A program made the position numbers and the translations under genes. From Prorocentrum cordatum (Eukaryota): 64,000 bases of DNA. The number at the start of each line of letters is the position of its first letter. Within the stretch, counting starts at the first letter, position 1. Under the pieces are notes generated by a model, which did not search any database, was not told the DNA's origin, and saw only the letters and a list, made by a program, of their open reading frames with translations. This document shows positions 48,380 to 61,000 of this stretch, one piece after another. Location of the stretch: NCBI GenBank assembly GCA_963575745.1, contig CAUYUJ010000314.1, positions 248,001 through 312,000 of the forward strand. Reading direction: 5' to 3'.

Positions 48380-49108
48380 ATGGACCCTGACACTGGACCC
48401 ATTGATGCGCCATGGCTACCAGTTAAGGAATACGGTTCGAAGACGAGTGGAGAACCTAATGAGCCCTGGTGGCATTGTAAACCGTGCGACAAATGGGCAG
48501 CCCCGACGCACCAGATTTCGCAGGACCACATCAATAATGTAAAGAATAAGTATCTCTGGTTCCATGAGGCTTGTCCACAGGGTTCTGATGAGGACAAGAC
48601 CGCATGGTGCTCTAACATCATGGACATTGTGGAGCTCCACCCGAGCTACGTCCAGAAGAAGCGGGAAGACGATGAAGCGGAGGACTCGAGGTCGACGAGG
48701 AAGGCCAAGGTCAACAACAAGGCCAGAGAGGGCAGAGGAGAGCAATGGCAAAGTGAAGGCCATCAGCAAGAAGCTGGAACAGCTGCGGGAGCTCTCCACT
48801 GGAAAAGCTGGAACAGCTCAAGAGCTGCGTCACCAGGAGTTGCAACGGCAGGAGCTGATACATGGCGAGCACAGCAGTGGCAGCAGCAGGACGGGCGAAC
48901 CACCGTTATCACCACGATGCTCAATTTCTTGACCAACGCACAGAGCAACAAGGACGAGAAGACGGATGATATTCTGGCTCTCCTGCGGGCACAGGGGCAG
49001 ACGCTTGTGAATCTCCACCGGGCACAGGACAACCTGCAGAAGAAAGTCGAGGAGCTCCATTGGAAAGTGGAGGAGCTCAAGCAGAAGGACAAACAGCAGC
49101 ACCAGTGA
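48380..49108 (+). CDS. C2H2 (matrin/U1-like) Zn-finger plus C-terminal coiled-coil protein, copy 1
   Basis: WWHCKPCDKWAAPTHQISQDH and heptad LQKKVEELHWKVEELKQ. Paralogue at 56460-57230. The true start may be near 48319 via a frameshift. Confidence 0.65.
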   Translation: MDPDTGPIDAPWLPVKEYGSKTSGEPNEPWWHCKPCDKWAAPTHQISQDHINNVKNKYLWFHEACPQGSDEDKTAWCSNIMDIVELHPSYVQKKREDDEAEDSRSTRKAKVNNKAREGRGEQWQSEGHQQEAGTAAGALHWKSWNSSRAASPGVATAGADTWRAQQWQQQDGRTTVITTMLNFLTNAQSNKDEKTDDILALLRAQGQTLVNLHRAQDNLQKKVEELHWKVEELKQKDKQQHQ

Positions 49109-49404
49109 GCTCAGCAGCAGGACAAGTGACCTCGCATCGGCGTCTGGTAGCCGATGTCGGAGGCGCGCAGCGTGGCTCGCGTGCTGGCTCTTTTTTTCGC
49201 CGCGCTGACGCGGCGCAGGGGGCTGGAATATCTATGGCTTCTGAAGTTTTGGAATGCTCTGGATTTGTTCGCAAATTGAGTATGCTCCTTATGGCCCCCA
49301 CAGCGCCCACCTGTCGGAGCCCCACCTCGAGCTCGATCCTCGACTACTTCGCTTTGGGAGCAGGTGTTGCTATATTGATTTCAGGCGCTGACTTCGTGCG
49401 TCCA

Positions 49405-49870
49405 CGGAGTTCTAATATATCATGGTAGAGCTCCCACGGAGCTCTAACATACGAAGTTAGAGCTCCATTGGGGCTCTACCATAATCTAACATGCTATGTA
49501 TGTTAGAGCTCCACTGGAGCTCTAACATGCCATGTTAGAGCTTCCAGGAGGGAGCTCTAATAGAATCGAACGTGCTATGTTATTAGAGCTCCGTTGGAGC
49601 TCTAACATGCAATGTTAGGGCTCCCTGGGAGGTCTATCATGCATGGTTAGAGGTGCCAGGGAGTTCCCTGGCATCACATGGTTCAGCTCCCAGGGAGCTA
49701 TTTATATGAATAACATGACATGTTAGAGGTCCCACGGAGTTCTAACATACGATGTTAGAACTCCCAAGGAGCTCCAACATACTCTAACGTGCTATGTTAG
49801 CAGCATGTTAGAGTTGCCTCCCATACTCGATGGGACCTCTAACATAACATGCTAGAACTCCCATCGAGCC
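49405..49870. repeat. Palindromic satellite, degenerate block
   Basis: ATGTTAGAGCTC and GAGCTCTAACAT units. Confidence 0.9.
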
Positions 49871-49943
49871 GTCCCGCCCGCCGTCGTCGTCGTCGTCGTC
49901 GTCGTCGTCCCATTGGGCGCGTCCGCATGCCGTCCCCCCGCCA

Positions 49944-49974
<31 letters not shown>

Positions 49975-50276
49975 GATGATGATGATGGTGATGATGGTGG
50001 GGATGATGGTGATGGATGATGGTGATGATGGTGATGGAGATGATGTTGATTGTATTTATACGATCGGATAGTCGCCATTTGGAACTATCATTATCATCGT
50101 CATAAACATCGTCATCATCACAATCAGAAATACATGACATCGTCATAATGATCACAACAAAAAAACATCAAACAACAGGAAAGACCATACTCACATCAAA
50201 ACAAACATCAAAACCATCAACCTAAAGCAGCCCTAACCCCAGCCAGTCGAGGGGGCCGCTTCCGACGAGTAGGCCG

Positions 50277-53180
50277 GGGGCTCTAACATGCCATGTTAGT
50301 AGAGCTCCCACGGAGCTCTAACATGCCATGTTAGAGCTCCCAGGGAGCTCTAACATACTGGAACATGCTATGTTAGAGCTCCGTTGGAGCTCTAAGAAGC
50401 CATGTTAGAGCTCCCTGGGAGCTCTAACATAGCATGTTAGAGCTCCCAGGGGCTCTTAACATATTCGAACATGCTATGTTAGAGCTCCGTTGGAGCTCTA
50501 ACATACCATGTTAGAGCTCCCAGGGAGCTCCCACTGAGCTCTAACATGCTATGTTAAAGCTCCGTTGGAGCTCGGTATTTTAGAGCTCCCGGGGAGCTCT
50601 AACATAGGGGCTGTAATATAGCATGTTAGAGCTCCCAGGGAGCTCTAAAAAGCCATGTTTGAGCTCCCACGGAGCTCTAACATACCATGTTAGAGCTCCC
50701 AGGGCTCTATCATACTGCAACATGCTATGGTTAGAGCTACCGTTGCAAGCTCTAAACACGCCATGTTTTCGAGCTCCCCACGGAGCTCTAACATGCCATT
50801 GTTAGAGCTCCCAGGGAGCTTTTTCTTAACATACTCGAACATGCTATGGTTAGAGCTTCCGTCGGAGGGCTCTAACACGCCATGTTCGAGCTCCCACTGA
50901 GCTCTAACATTGCCATGTTAGAGCTCCAGGGAGCTCTAACATATGGAAACATGCTATGGTAAGAGCTCGTGTGGAGCTCTAAGTACCTGTCATAGAGATC
51001 CAGGGGGCTCTACACATGCCATGTTAGAGCTCCCAGGGGAGCTCTAACATACTCGAACATGCTATGTTAGAGCTCCGTTGGAGCTCTAACAAGCCATGTT
51101 AGAGCTCCCACGGAGCTCTAACATACCATGTTAGAGCTCCAGGGGAGCTCTAGCATACTGGAACATGCTATGTTAGAGCTCCGTTCGAGCTCTAACATAC
51201 CATGTTCGGGTCCCCAGGGAGCTCTAACATACTCGAACATGCTATGTTCGAGCTCCGCTGGAGCTCTAACATACTGGAACATGCTATGTTAGAGCCCCCA
51301 GGGAGCTCCCACTGAGCTCTAACATGCTATGTGAAAGCTCCGTTGGAGCTCGGTGGGTTAGGGCTCCCAGGGAGCTCTAAACATACTCGAACATGCTATG
51401 TTAGAGCTCCGGGTGGGGTTTTAACATGGCCTGTTAGAACTCCCTCGGGGCTCTAACATAACCATATCAGAGCTCCCATGGAACCCTAAAATACTGAAAC
51501 CTAGTATGTTAGAGCTCCGTTGATGCTCTAACATACCATGTTAGAGCTCCAGCGGAGCTCTAACATGCCATGTTAGAGCTCCCAGGGAGCTCTAACATAC
51601 TGGATCATGCTATGTTAGATCTCCGTTGGAGCTCTAACATACCATCTTAGAGCTCCGTGGGAGGTCTAACATACCATGTTTGAGCTCCCAAGGAGCTCTA
51701 ACATACTCGATTATGCTATGTTAGAGCTCCGTTGGAGCTCTAACAGGCCATGTTAGAGCCCCCACGGAGCTCTAACATACCATGTTAGAGCTCCCATGGG
51801 GGCTCTAACATACTGGAACATGCTATGTTCGAGCTCCCAGGGAGCTCCCACTGAGCCCTAACATGCTAGGTTAAAGCTCCGTTTGGGCTCGGTATTTGAG
51901 AGCTCCCAGGGAGGGAGCTCTAACATGGGAGCTCTAATATAGCATGTTCGAGCCCCCACGGAGCTTCTACATAATATAACTTGCTATGTGAGAGCTGCGC
52001 TGGAGCTCTAAAAAACCATGTTAGAGCTCCCACGGGGCTCTAACATACCATGTTAGAGCTCCCAGGGAGCTCTAACATACTGGAACATGCTATGCTAGAG
52101 CTCCGTTGGAGCTCTAACATGCCATGTTAGAGCTCCCACGGAGCTCTAACATACCATGTTAGAGCTCCCAGGGAGCTGTAACATACTCGAACATGTTATG
52201 TTAGAGCTCCGTTGGAGCTCTAACTTACCATGTTAGAGCTCCCAGGGAGCTCCCGCTGAGCCCTGACATGCTATGTTAAAGCTCCGTTGGAGCTCGGTAT
52301 TTTAGAGCTCCCAGGGAGCTCTGACATGGGAGCTGTATTATTGCATGTTAGAGCTCCCAGGGAGCTCTAACATACTCGAACATGCTATGTTAGAGCTCCG
52401 CTGTGGCTCTAACAAGCCATGTTAGAGCCCCCACGGGGCTCTAACATACCATGTTAGAGCTCCCAGGGAGCTCTAACAGACTGGAACATGCTATGTTAGA
52501 GCTCCGTTGGAGCTCTAACATGCCATGTTCGAGCTTCCACGGAGCTCTAACATACCATGTTAGAGCTCCCAGGGGGCTCGAACATATTGGAACATGCTAT
52601 GTTAGAGCTCCGTTGGAACTCTAACATGCCATGCTAGAGCTCCCACGTAGCTCTAACATAGCATGTTAGAGCTCCCAGGGAGCTCTAACATGCTGGAACA
52701 TGCTACGTTCGAGCTCCGTTGGAGCTCTAACAAGCCATGTTAGAGCTCCCACGGAGCTCTAGCATATTCTATGTTAGAGCTCCCAGGGAGCTCTAACATA
52801 CTGGAACATGATATGTTAGAGCTCCGTTTGGAGCTCTAACATACCATGTTAGAGCTCCCACGGAGGCTCTGAACATACATTGTTAGACTTCCAGGGAGCT
52901 CTAACCTACTGACACATGATGTTAGAGCCCGTTGGAGCTCTAACATATACCATGTTTAGAGCTCCATAGGAGCTCAAACATACCAAATTAGAGCTCCCAG
53001 GGAGCTCTAACATACTGGGAACATGTTATGTTAGAGCTCCCTGGGTGCTCTAACATAGCATGTTAGAGCTCCCGCGGAGCTCTAACATGCCATGTTCGAG
53101 CTCCCACGGGGCTCTAACATACCATGGTAGAGCTCCCATGGGGGCTCTAACATACTCTACCTTGCTATGTTAGGGCTCCC
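50277..53180 (+). repeat. Palindromic ATGTTAGAGCTC satellite, forward array (runs into the gap)
   Basis: Asymmetric linkers read CCAGG, CCACG, CGTTG and ACTGGAACATGCT. Confidence 0.97.
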
Positions 53181-53280
53181 NNNNNNNNNNNNNNNNNNNN
53201 NNNNNNNNNNNNNNNNNNNNNNNNNNNNNNNNNNNNNNNNNNNNNNNNNNNNNNNNNNNNNNNNNNNNNNNNNNNNNNNN
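53181..53280. other. Assembly gap (100 N)
   Basis: N run. Confidence 1.
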
Positions 53281-53296
53281 CCTCTCTCTCTCTCTC

Positions 53297-53358
<62 letters not shown>

Positions 53359-54818
53359 CGACTAGGAGGCCCGGGTCGACTCCTCTTTGGGAAGCCAAAA
53401 TGCTGCCCCTGGCAGCGTTTGGTGACTATGAAGCCCCTGGTGGACCCCCCCTGGGGCTCCCAGATGATGCCCCTGGCAGCGTTTTGTGACCATGAGGCTC
53501 TCAAGAGATACATGTTGGGGAGGCCAAACGGCAATTCTAGCTGAGGCGTCCCACCAAAATCGGCGCGAACGGGCTCGTGAGATCAGCCAGGGTGGCTCCC
53601 CCTTGGGGCTCCCAAATGATGCCCCTGGCAGCGTTTTGTGACCATGAGGCTCTCAAGAGATACATGTTGGGGAGGCCAAACGGCAATTCTAGCTGAGGCG
53701 TCCCACCAAAATCGGCGCGAACGGGCTCGTGAGATCAGCCAGGGTGGCTCCCCCTTGGGGCTCCCAATGATGCCCCTGGCAGCGTTTTGCGACCATGAGG
53801 CTCTCAAGAGATACATGTTGGGGACGCCAAACGGCAATTCTAGCTGAGGCGTCCCACCAAAATCGGCGCGAACGGGCTCGTGAGATCAGCCAGGGTGGCT
53901 CCCCCTTGGGGCTCCCAAATGATGCCCCTGGCAGCGTTTTGCGACCATGAGGCTCTCAAGAGAGACATGTTGGGGAGGCCAAACGGCAATTCTAGCTGAG
54001 GCGTCCCACCAAAATCGGCGCGAACGGGCTCGTGAGATCAGCCAGGGTGGCTCCCCCTTGGGGCTCCCAAATGATGCCCCTGGCAGCGTTTTGTGACCAT
54101 GAGGCTCTCAAGAGATACATGTTGGGGAGGCCAAACGGCAATTCTAGCTGAGGCGTCCCACCAAAATCGGCGCGAACGGGCTCGTGAGATCAGCCAGGGT
54201 GGCTCCCCCTTGGGGCTCCCAAATGATGCCCCTGGCAGCGTTTTGTGACCATGAGGCTCTCAAGAGATACATGTTGGGGAGGCCAAACGGCAATTCTAGC
54301 TGAGGCGTCCCACCAAAATCGGCGCGAACGGGCTCGTGAGATCAGCCAGGGTGGCTCCCCCTTGGGGCTCCCAAATGATGCCCCTGGCAGCGTTTTGTGA
54401 CCATGAGGCTCTCAAGAGATACATGTTGGGGCGCCAAACGGCAATTCTAGCTGAGGCGTCCCACCAAAATCGGCGCGAACGGGCTCGTGAGATCAGCCAG
54501 GGTGGCTCCCCCTTGGGGCCTCCCAAATGATGCCCCTGGCAGCGTTTTGTGATCATGAGAGAGTGTGAGTGTGAGTGAATGTGACTGTGAGTGAGTCTGA
54601 GTGAGAGTGAGTCTCATCTTATCTTTCGAGTCTTATCGAGTCCAATCTTATCTTACCTTATCATATATTGTGCTATCTTATCTTATCTTGTAGTATCTTA
54701 TCTTGTCTTGTCTTATCTGGTGATTATCATTGGGAGGAGGGAGGCGCGAGCGGGAGGAAGGAGGAGCAGTGGGAGGCGTCAGAGTAATAACAAGAACCCC
54801 AATCCTTAGGACATGGGG
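53281..54818 (-). mobile_element. Family E element with ~7 x 152-bp tandem repeat
   Basis: Period 151-152 bp (53466, 53618, 53769, 53921...), flanked by (CT)n, (GAGT)n and (TCTTA)n. End hairpin CCCCAATCC-TTA-GGACATGGGG at 54797-54818. Confidence 0.65.
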
Positions 54819-54944
54819 AATACACACACATAGAATTATCCCCCATATTTTCCCATATTTTCTGTGTTTTTGTCTTCCCCCCCCCCCACTTCCCATATGT
54901 TGGAATCAACGGTTAATTGTGTCTGTATGTTTTTTTTCCCTCCT

Positions 54945-56280
54945 GTTAGAGCCCCCATGGGTGCTCCAACATCGTATGTTAGAGCTCCAGTGGATTTTTA
55001 ACATAACCTTTCATCCTATGTTAGAGCTCCCTGGGGGGGGGGCTCTAACATCGTATGTTAGAGCTCCGTGGGAGCTCTAACGTGCTATGCTTGAGCTCCC
55101 AGGGAGCCCTAACATAGCAAGTTATTAGCGTATGTTAGAGCTCCCTGGGGACTCTAACATGCTATGTTAGAGCTCCCTGGGAGCTCTAACATCGTATGTT
55201 AGAGCTCCCTGGGGGCTCTAACATCGTATGTGAGAGCTCCAATGGAGCTCTAACATAACATGTTCCAGTATGTTAGAGCCCCCTGGGAGCTCTAACATGG
55301 TTTGTTAGAGCTCCGTGGGAGCTCTAACATTGCTTGTTAGAGCTCTAACGGAGCTCTAGCATAGCATGTTCGAGTATGTTAGAGCTCCAACGGAGCTCTC
55401 ACATAGCATGATCGAGTATGTGAGAGCTCCCTGGGAGCTCTAAGTTGGTATGTTAGAGCTCCGTGGGAGCTCTAACATGGCATGTTAGAGCTCCAACGGA
55501 GCTCTAACATAGCATGTTCGAGTATGTTAGAGCTCCCTGTGAGCTCTAACGTGGTATGTTAGAGCTCCGTGGGAGCTCTAACATGGCATATTAGAGATCC
55601 AACGGAGCTCTAACATAGCATGTTCCAGTATGTTAGAGCTCCCTGGGAGCTCTAACATGGCATGTTAGAGCTCCAATGTCGCTCTAACATAGCATGTTAT
55701 ATTGTGTTAGAGCTCCCTGGGAGCTCTGACATCGTATGTTAGAGCTCCGTGGGAGCTCTCACATGCTATGTTAGAGCTCCCAGGGAGCTCTAACATAGCA
55801 AGTTCGAGTTTGTTAGAGCTCCCTGGGAGCTCTAACATGCTATGTTAGAGCTCCCTTGGAGCTCTAACATCGTATGCCAGAGCTCCAATGGAGCTCTAAC
55901 ATAGCATGCTATATTATGTTAGGGCTCCCTGGGAGCTCTAACATCGTATGTTAGAGCTCCGTGGGACCTCTAACATAGCATGCTAGAGTATGGTAGAGCT
56001 CCCTGGGGGCTCTAACCACATTGTATGTTACAGCTTCGTGGGAGCTCTAACATAGCATGTTCGAGCTCCATGGGAGATCTAACATGCCATGGTAGAGTCC
56101 CACGGGGGCTCTAACATCGCATGTTAGAGCTCCACGGGAGCTCTAACATCTTATGTTAGAGCTCCCAGGGGGATCTAACATAGCTTGTTCGAGCTCCCTG
56201 AAGCTATTCTAAAATGCCATGTTAGAGCTCCCTGGGAGCTCTATCATGCCATGCTAGAGCTCCCTGGGAGCTCTACCATG
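54945..56280 (-). repeat. Palindromic satellite, reverse-oriented array
   Basis: Linkers read CCTGG, CGTGG, CAACG and AGCATGTTCCAGT, the reverse complements of the forward arrays. Confidence 0.95.
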
Positions 56281-56459
56281 TGAGGGAAATCGATCAACGA
56301 AGGGGGATCCCTCAAATCGCCCTGCCCCTCGGGAACCCACAAAATAGCCTCCTGGACCCCTCTTGGTTCCATTGATCAGATCACGCAGCTTTCCTGTAGC
56401 GCAGGCACCTCGGCTCAAGGCATCTCTTCTTGCAGCGCCTGCAGGCTGCCTTGTCAGAT

Positions 56460-57230
56460 ATGGGGGCCAGCGCAGGGGGGGGGCCTGGCCCATGTCCAGA
56501 CACCGTCATCATGGACCCTGACACTGGACACATTGATGCGCCATGGCTAGAAGTTCGCGAGTACGTTTCGAAGAAGAGTGGGGAACCTAAGGAGCCCTGG
56601 TGGTTTTGTTGACCGTGCGAGAAATGGGCAGCCCCGACGCGCCAGATTCCGGCGGACCACATCAAGAATGTAAAGAATATGCATCTCTGGTGGCATAATG
56701 CTTGTCCACAGGGTCCTGATGAGGAGAAGGCCGCATGGTGCTCGAAGATCATGAACACTGTGGTGCTCCACTCGAGCTACGCCCCGAAGCGGAAAAACGT
56801 TGAAGCGGATGATTGGAGGTCGTCGAAGAAGCCCAAGTGGCAATGGCAAAATGAAGGCCGTCAGCAAGAAGTTGGAACAGCTGCAGGAGAGAACACCTTG
56901 AAAAGCTGGAACAGCTCAAGAGCTGCGTCATCATCAGGAGCTGCAGCAGCAGGATATGCAACAGCAGGAGCACAGCAGTGGCAGCATAAGCTTACGCAGC
57001 AGCAGCAGCAGGGCGGGCTCGATATCACCGTTATCACCTCGATGCTCCATTTCTTGACCAGCGCTTTTCCACACCTTATGACACATAACAACGTGGCCGA
57101 GAAGATTGATCAGATTCTGGACCTCCTGCGGGCGCAGGGACAGGCGCTCCAGGACCTGCAGAAGAAAGTCGAGGAGCTCGATCAGAAAGTGGAGGAGCTC
57201 AAGCAGCAGGACAAGAAGGAGTGCCAGTGA
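56460..57230 (+). pseudogene. Zn-finger/coiled-coil protein, copy 2 (in-frame TGA at 56610-56612)
   Basis: Colinear with 48380-49108 (MDPDTG.IDAPWL, WWFC*PCEKWAAPT, ACPQG.DE.K.AWCS) and shares both UTR-like flanks. Confidence 0.75.
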
Positions 57231-57349
57231 GCTCAGCAGCAGGACAAGTGACCTCGCATGGGCGTCTGGTAGCCGATGTCGGAGGCGCGCAGCCTGGCTC
57301 GCGCGCTGGCTCTTTCGCCGCGCTCGCGCGGTGCGCCCGTGCAGCGGGC

Positions 57350-57498
57350 CAGCGAATTCGAAAGAATAACAGATGTATGGGGTTCTGCGTCTAGTAGGAC
57401 TGAAACAATGAGTGCGTTGAAGACTGGGATCTCCTCTTGACGCCTTGAGGGGCGAGGAATTTCTGGCAATCTCTCTTGGGGCCCTTAGGGTGGTTAGA
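57350..57498 (+). repeat. Dispersed ~140-bp repeat (second, longer copy at 63525-63715)
   Basis: ATAACAGAT.TATGGGGTTCTG...GGGATCTCCTCTTGACGCC.TGAGGGGCGAGGAATTTCTGGCAATCTCTCTTG is shared. Confidence 0.85.
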
Positions 57499-58034
57499 TG
57501 ATGTTAGAGCTCCAGGGAGCTGTGACATGACATGTTAGAGCTCCAACGGAGCTCTGTCATAGCATGTTGTTAGATTATGTCAGAGTTACTTGGGAGATTT
57601 AACATATGAAAGTCGGCGGTGCGTGGGGGGCGGTGAAGCCTTCATCCTCCTCCTCCTTCTCCTCCTCCTCCTCCTCCTCCCCACCTTCAAGTTCTAATTC
57701 GGAAGTCCCTGAGCCCCCTCCGCCCCTGATCCCCGGCCGCGCCCCAGGGGGCAAGGCCGCCCCGCGAGGGCTGGGAGGGCCGCGCCCTATTCATGTTTCA
57801 CCGTGGTCGAAGACAGGGCCCCACCCCCATGTTTCACCGTGGCCGAAGACAGGGCTTCAAGGGGGAAGCCTTCGTTCTCGAGGTCGAGGACGGGGCAACG
57901 GACGGTGAGTGCGACCTGCCGCCGTGTTCGGACATGTTTCCTTACTTATGCGCGCTTAAAAGGAGGGGGGTGGGGGGGCCGATGGGGCGACGACGACGAT
58001 GACGACGACGACGACGACGACAACGACGGGGCGG

Positions 58035-61000
58035 CTCGATGGGGGCTCTAACATGCTATGCCAGAGCTCCCATCGAGCTCTAACATAGCATGTTAGAGTT
58101 CACAACCCTCACATCGAATCTAACATAACACGTTAGAGCTCCCAAGGAGCTCTTACATATGTTAGAGTTCCATGGGAGCTCTAACATGCCATGATAGAGC
58201 TCCCAGGGAGCTCTAACAACATCCTAGGTGAGAGCTCGAGGCGAACATGCCATGCTAGAACTCCCTGGGGGCTCTAACATGCCATGTTAGAGCTCCCAGG
58301 GAGCTCTAACGTGCTCGAACATGCTATGTTGAAGCTCCGTTGAAACTCTAACAAGCCATGTTAGATCTCCCACGGAGCTCTAACATACCATGTTAGAGCT
58401 CCCAGGGAGCTCCCACTGAGCTCTAGCATGCTATGTTAAAGCTCCGTTGGAGCTCGGTATTTTAGAGCTCCCAGGGAGCTCTAACATGGGAGCTCTAATA
58501 GAGCATGTTAGAGCTCCCTGGGAGCTCTAACATACTCGAACATGCGATGTTAGAGCTCCGTTGGAACTCTAACAGGCCATGTTAGAGCTCCCACGGAGAT
58601 CTGACATACCATGTTAGAGCTCCCAGGGAGCTCTAACATACTGGAACATGCTATGTTAGAGCTCCCATGGGGGCTCTAACATTCTCGAACATGCTATGTT
58701 AGAGCTCCGTTTGAGCTTTAACATGCCATGTTAGAGCTCCCAGGGAGCTCCCACTGAGCTCTAACATGCTATGTCAAAGCTCCGTTGGAGCTCGGTATTT
58801 TAGAGCTCCCAGGGGGCTCTAACATGGGAGCTCTAATATAGCATGTTAGAGCTCCCAGGGAGCTCTGGCATACTCGAACATGCGATGTTAGAGCTCCGTT
58901 GGAGCTCTAACAAGCCATGCTAGAGCTCCCACGGAGCTCTAACATAGCATGTTAGAGCTCCCAGGGAGCTCTAACATACTGGAACATGCTATGTTAGAGC
59001 TCCGTTGGGCTCTAACATGCCATGTTAGAGCTCCCACGGAGCTCTAACATAGCATGTTAGAGCTCCCAGGGAGCTCTAACATTCTGGAACATGCTATGTT
59101 AGAGCTCCCAGGGAGCTCTAGCGTACTGGAACATGCTATGTTAGAGCTCCGTTGGGGCCTCTAACATGCCATGTTAGAGCTCGCAGGGAGCTCCCACTGA
59201 GCTCTAACATACTATGTTAATAAAGCTCCGTTGGAGCCCGGTATTTTAGAGCTCCCAGGGAGCTCTAACATGGGAGCTCTAATATAGCATGTTAGAGCTC
59301 CCTGGGAGCTCTAACGTACCCGAACATGCTATGTTAGAGCTCCGTTGGAGCTCTAACAAGCCATGTTAGAGCTCCCGCGGAGCTCTAACATAGCATTTTA
59401 GAGCTCCCAGGGAGCTCTAACATATTGGAACATGCTATGTTAGAGCTTCGTTGGAGCTCTGACATGCCATGTTAGAGCTCCCACGGGGCTCTACCATACC
59501 ATGTTAGAGCTCCCAGGGAGCTCTAACCTACTCGAACATGCTATGTTAGAGCTCCGTTGGAGCTCTAACAAGCCATGTTAGATCTCCCAGGGAGCTCCCA
59601 CTGAGCTCTAACATGCTATGTTAAAGCTCCGTTGGAGCTCGGTATTTTAGAGCTCCCAGGGAGCTCTAACATGGGGGCTCTAACATAGCATGTTAGAGCT
59701 CCCAGGGAGCTCTAACATACTGGAACATGCTATGTTAGAGCTTCCAGGGAGCTCTAACATACTGGAACATGCTATGTCAGAACTCCGTTGGAGCTCTAAC
59801 ATTCCATGTTAGAGCTCCCACGGAGCTCTAACATACCATGTCAGAGCTCCCAGTGAGCTCTAACATACTGGACCATGCTATGTTAGAGCTCCGTTGGAGC
59901 TCTAACAAGCCATGTTAGAGCTCCCACGGAGCTCTAACATACCATGTTAGAGCTCCCAAGGAGCTCTAACATACTGGAACATGCTATGCTAGAGCTCCGT
60001 TGGAGCTCTGACATACCATATTAGAGCTCCCACGGAGCATTAACATGGCATGTTAGAGCTCCCAGGGGGCTCCGACTGAGCTCTAACATGCTATGTTAAA
60101 GCTCTAACATACTGAGCTCCGACTGAGCATCTCAGAGCTCCCTGGGAGCTCTAACATACTCGAGCATGCTATGTTAGAGCTCCGTTGGAGCTCTAACAAG
60201 CCATGTTAGAGCTCCCACGGAGCTCTAACATACCATGTTAGAGCTCCCGGGGAGCTCTAACATACTGGAACATGCTATGTTAGAGCTCCGTTGGAGCTCT
60301 AACATGCCATGTTAGAGCTCCCACGGAGCTCTAACATACCATGTTAGAGCTTCCAGGGAGCCCTAACATACTCGAACATGCTATCTTCGAGCTCCGTTGG
60401 AGCTCTAACATACCATGTTAGAGCTCCCAGGGAGCTCCCACTGAGCTCTAACATGCTATGTTAAAGCTCCGTTGGGGCTCGGTATTTTAGAGCTCCCAGG
60501 GGGCTCTAACATGGGATCTCTAATATAGCATGTTAGAGCTCCCAGGAAGCTCTAACATATTCGAACATGCTATGTTAGAGCTCCGTTGGAGCTCTAACAA
60601 GCCATGTTAGGGCTCCCTGGGAGCTCTAACATACCATGTTAGAGCTCCCAGGGAGCTCTAACATACTGGAACATGCTATGTTCGAGCTCCGTTGGAGCTA
60701 TAACATGCCATTTTAGGGCTCCCACGGAGCTCTAACATACCATGTTAGAGCTCCCAGGGAGCTCTAACATACTCGAACATGCTAGGTTAGAGCTCCGTTG
60801 GAGCTTTAACAAGCCATGCTAGAGCTCCCACGGAGCTCTAACATGCCATGTTAGAGCTCCCAGGGAGCTCTAACATACTGGAACATGCTATGTTAGAGCT
60901 CCGTTGGAGCTCTAACGTGCCATGTTCGAGCTCCCACGGAGCTCTACCATATCATGTTGGGGCTCCCAAGGAGCTCTAGCATACTCGAACATGCTATGTT

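Noticed and set aside
47384..48390. Cys-rich (CCSG)n, (CNSR)n and (QQPL)n proteins (also 41.7-42.6 kb)
   Set aside because: The stop-free 12-mer is open in all six frames and shows no synonymous variation supporting any one frame.
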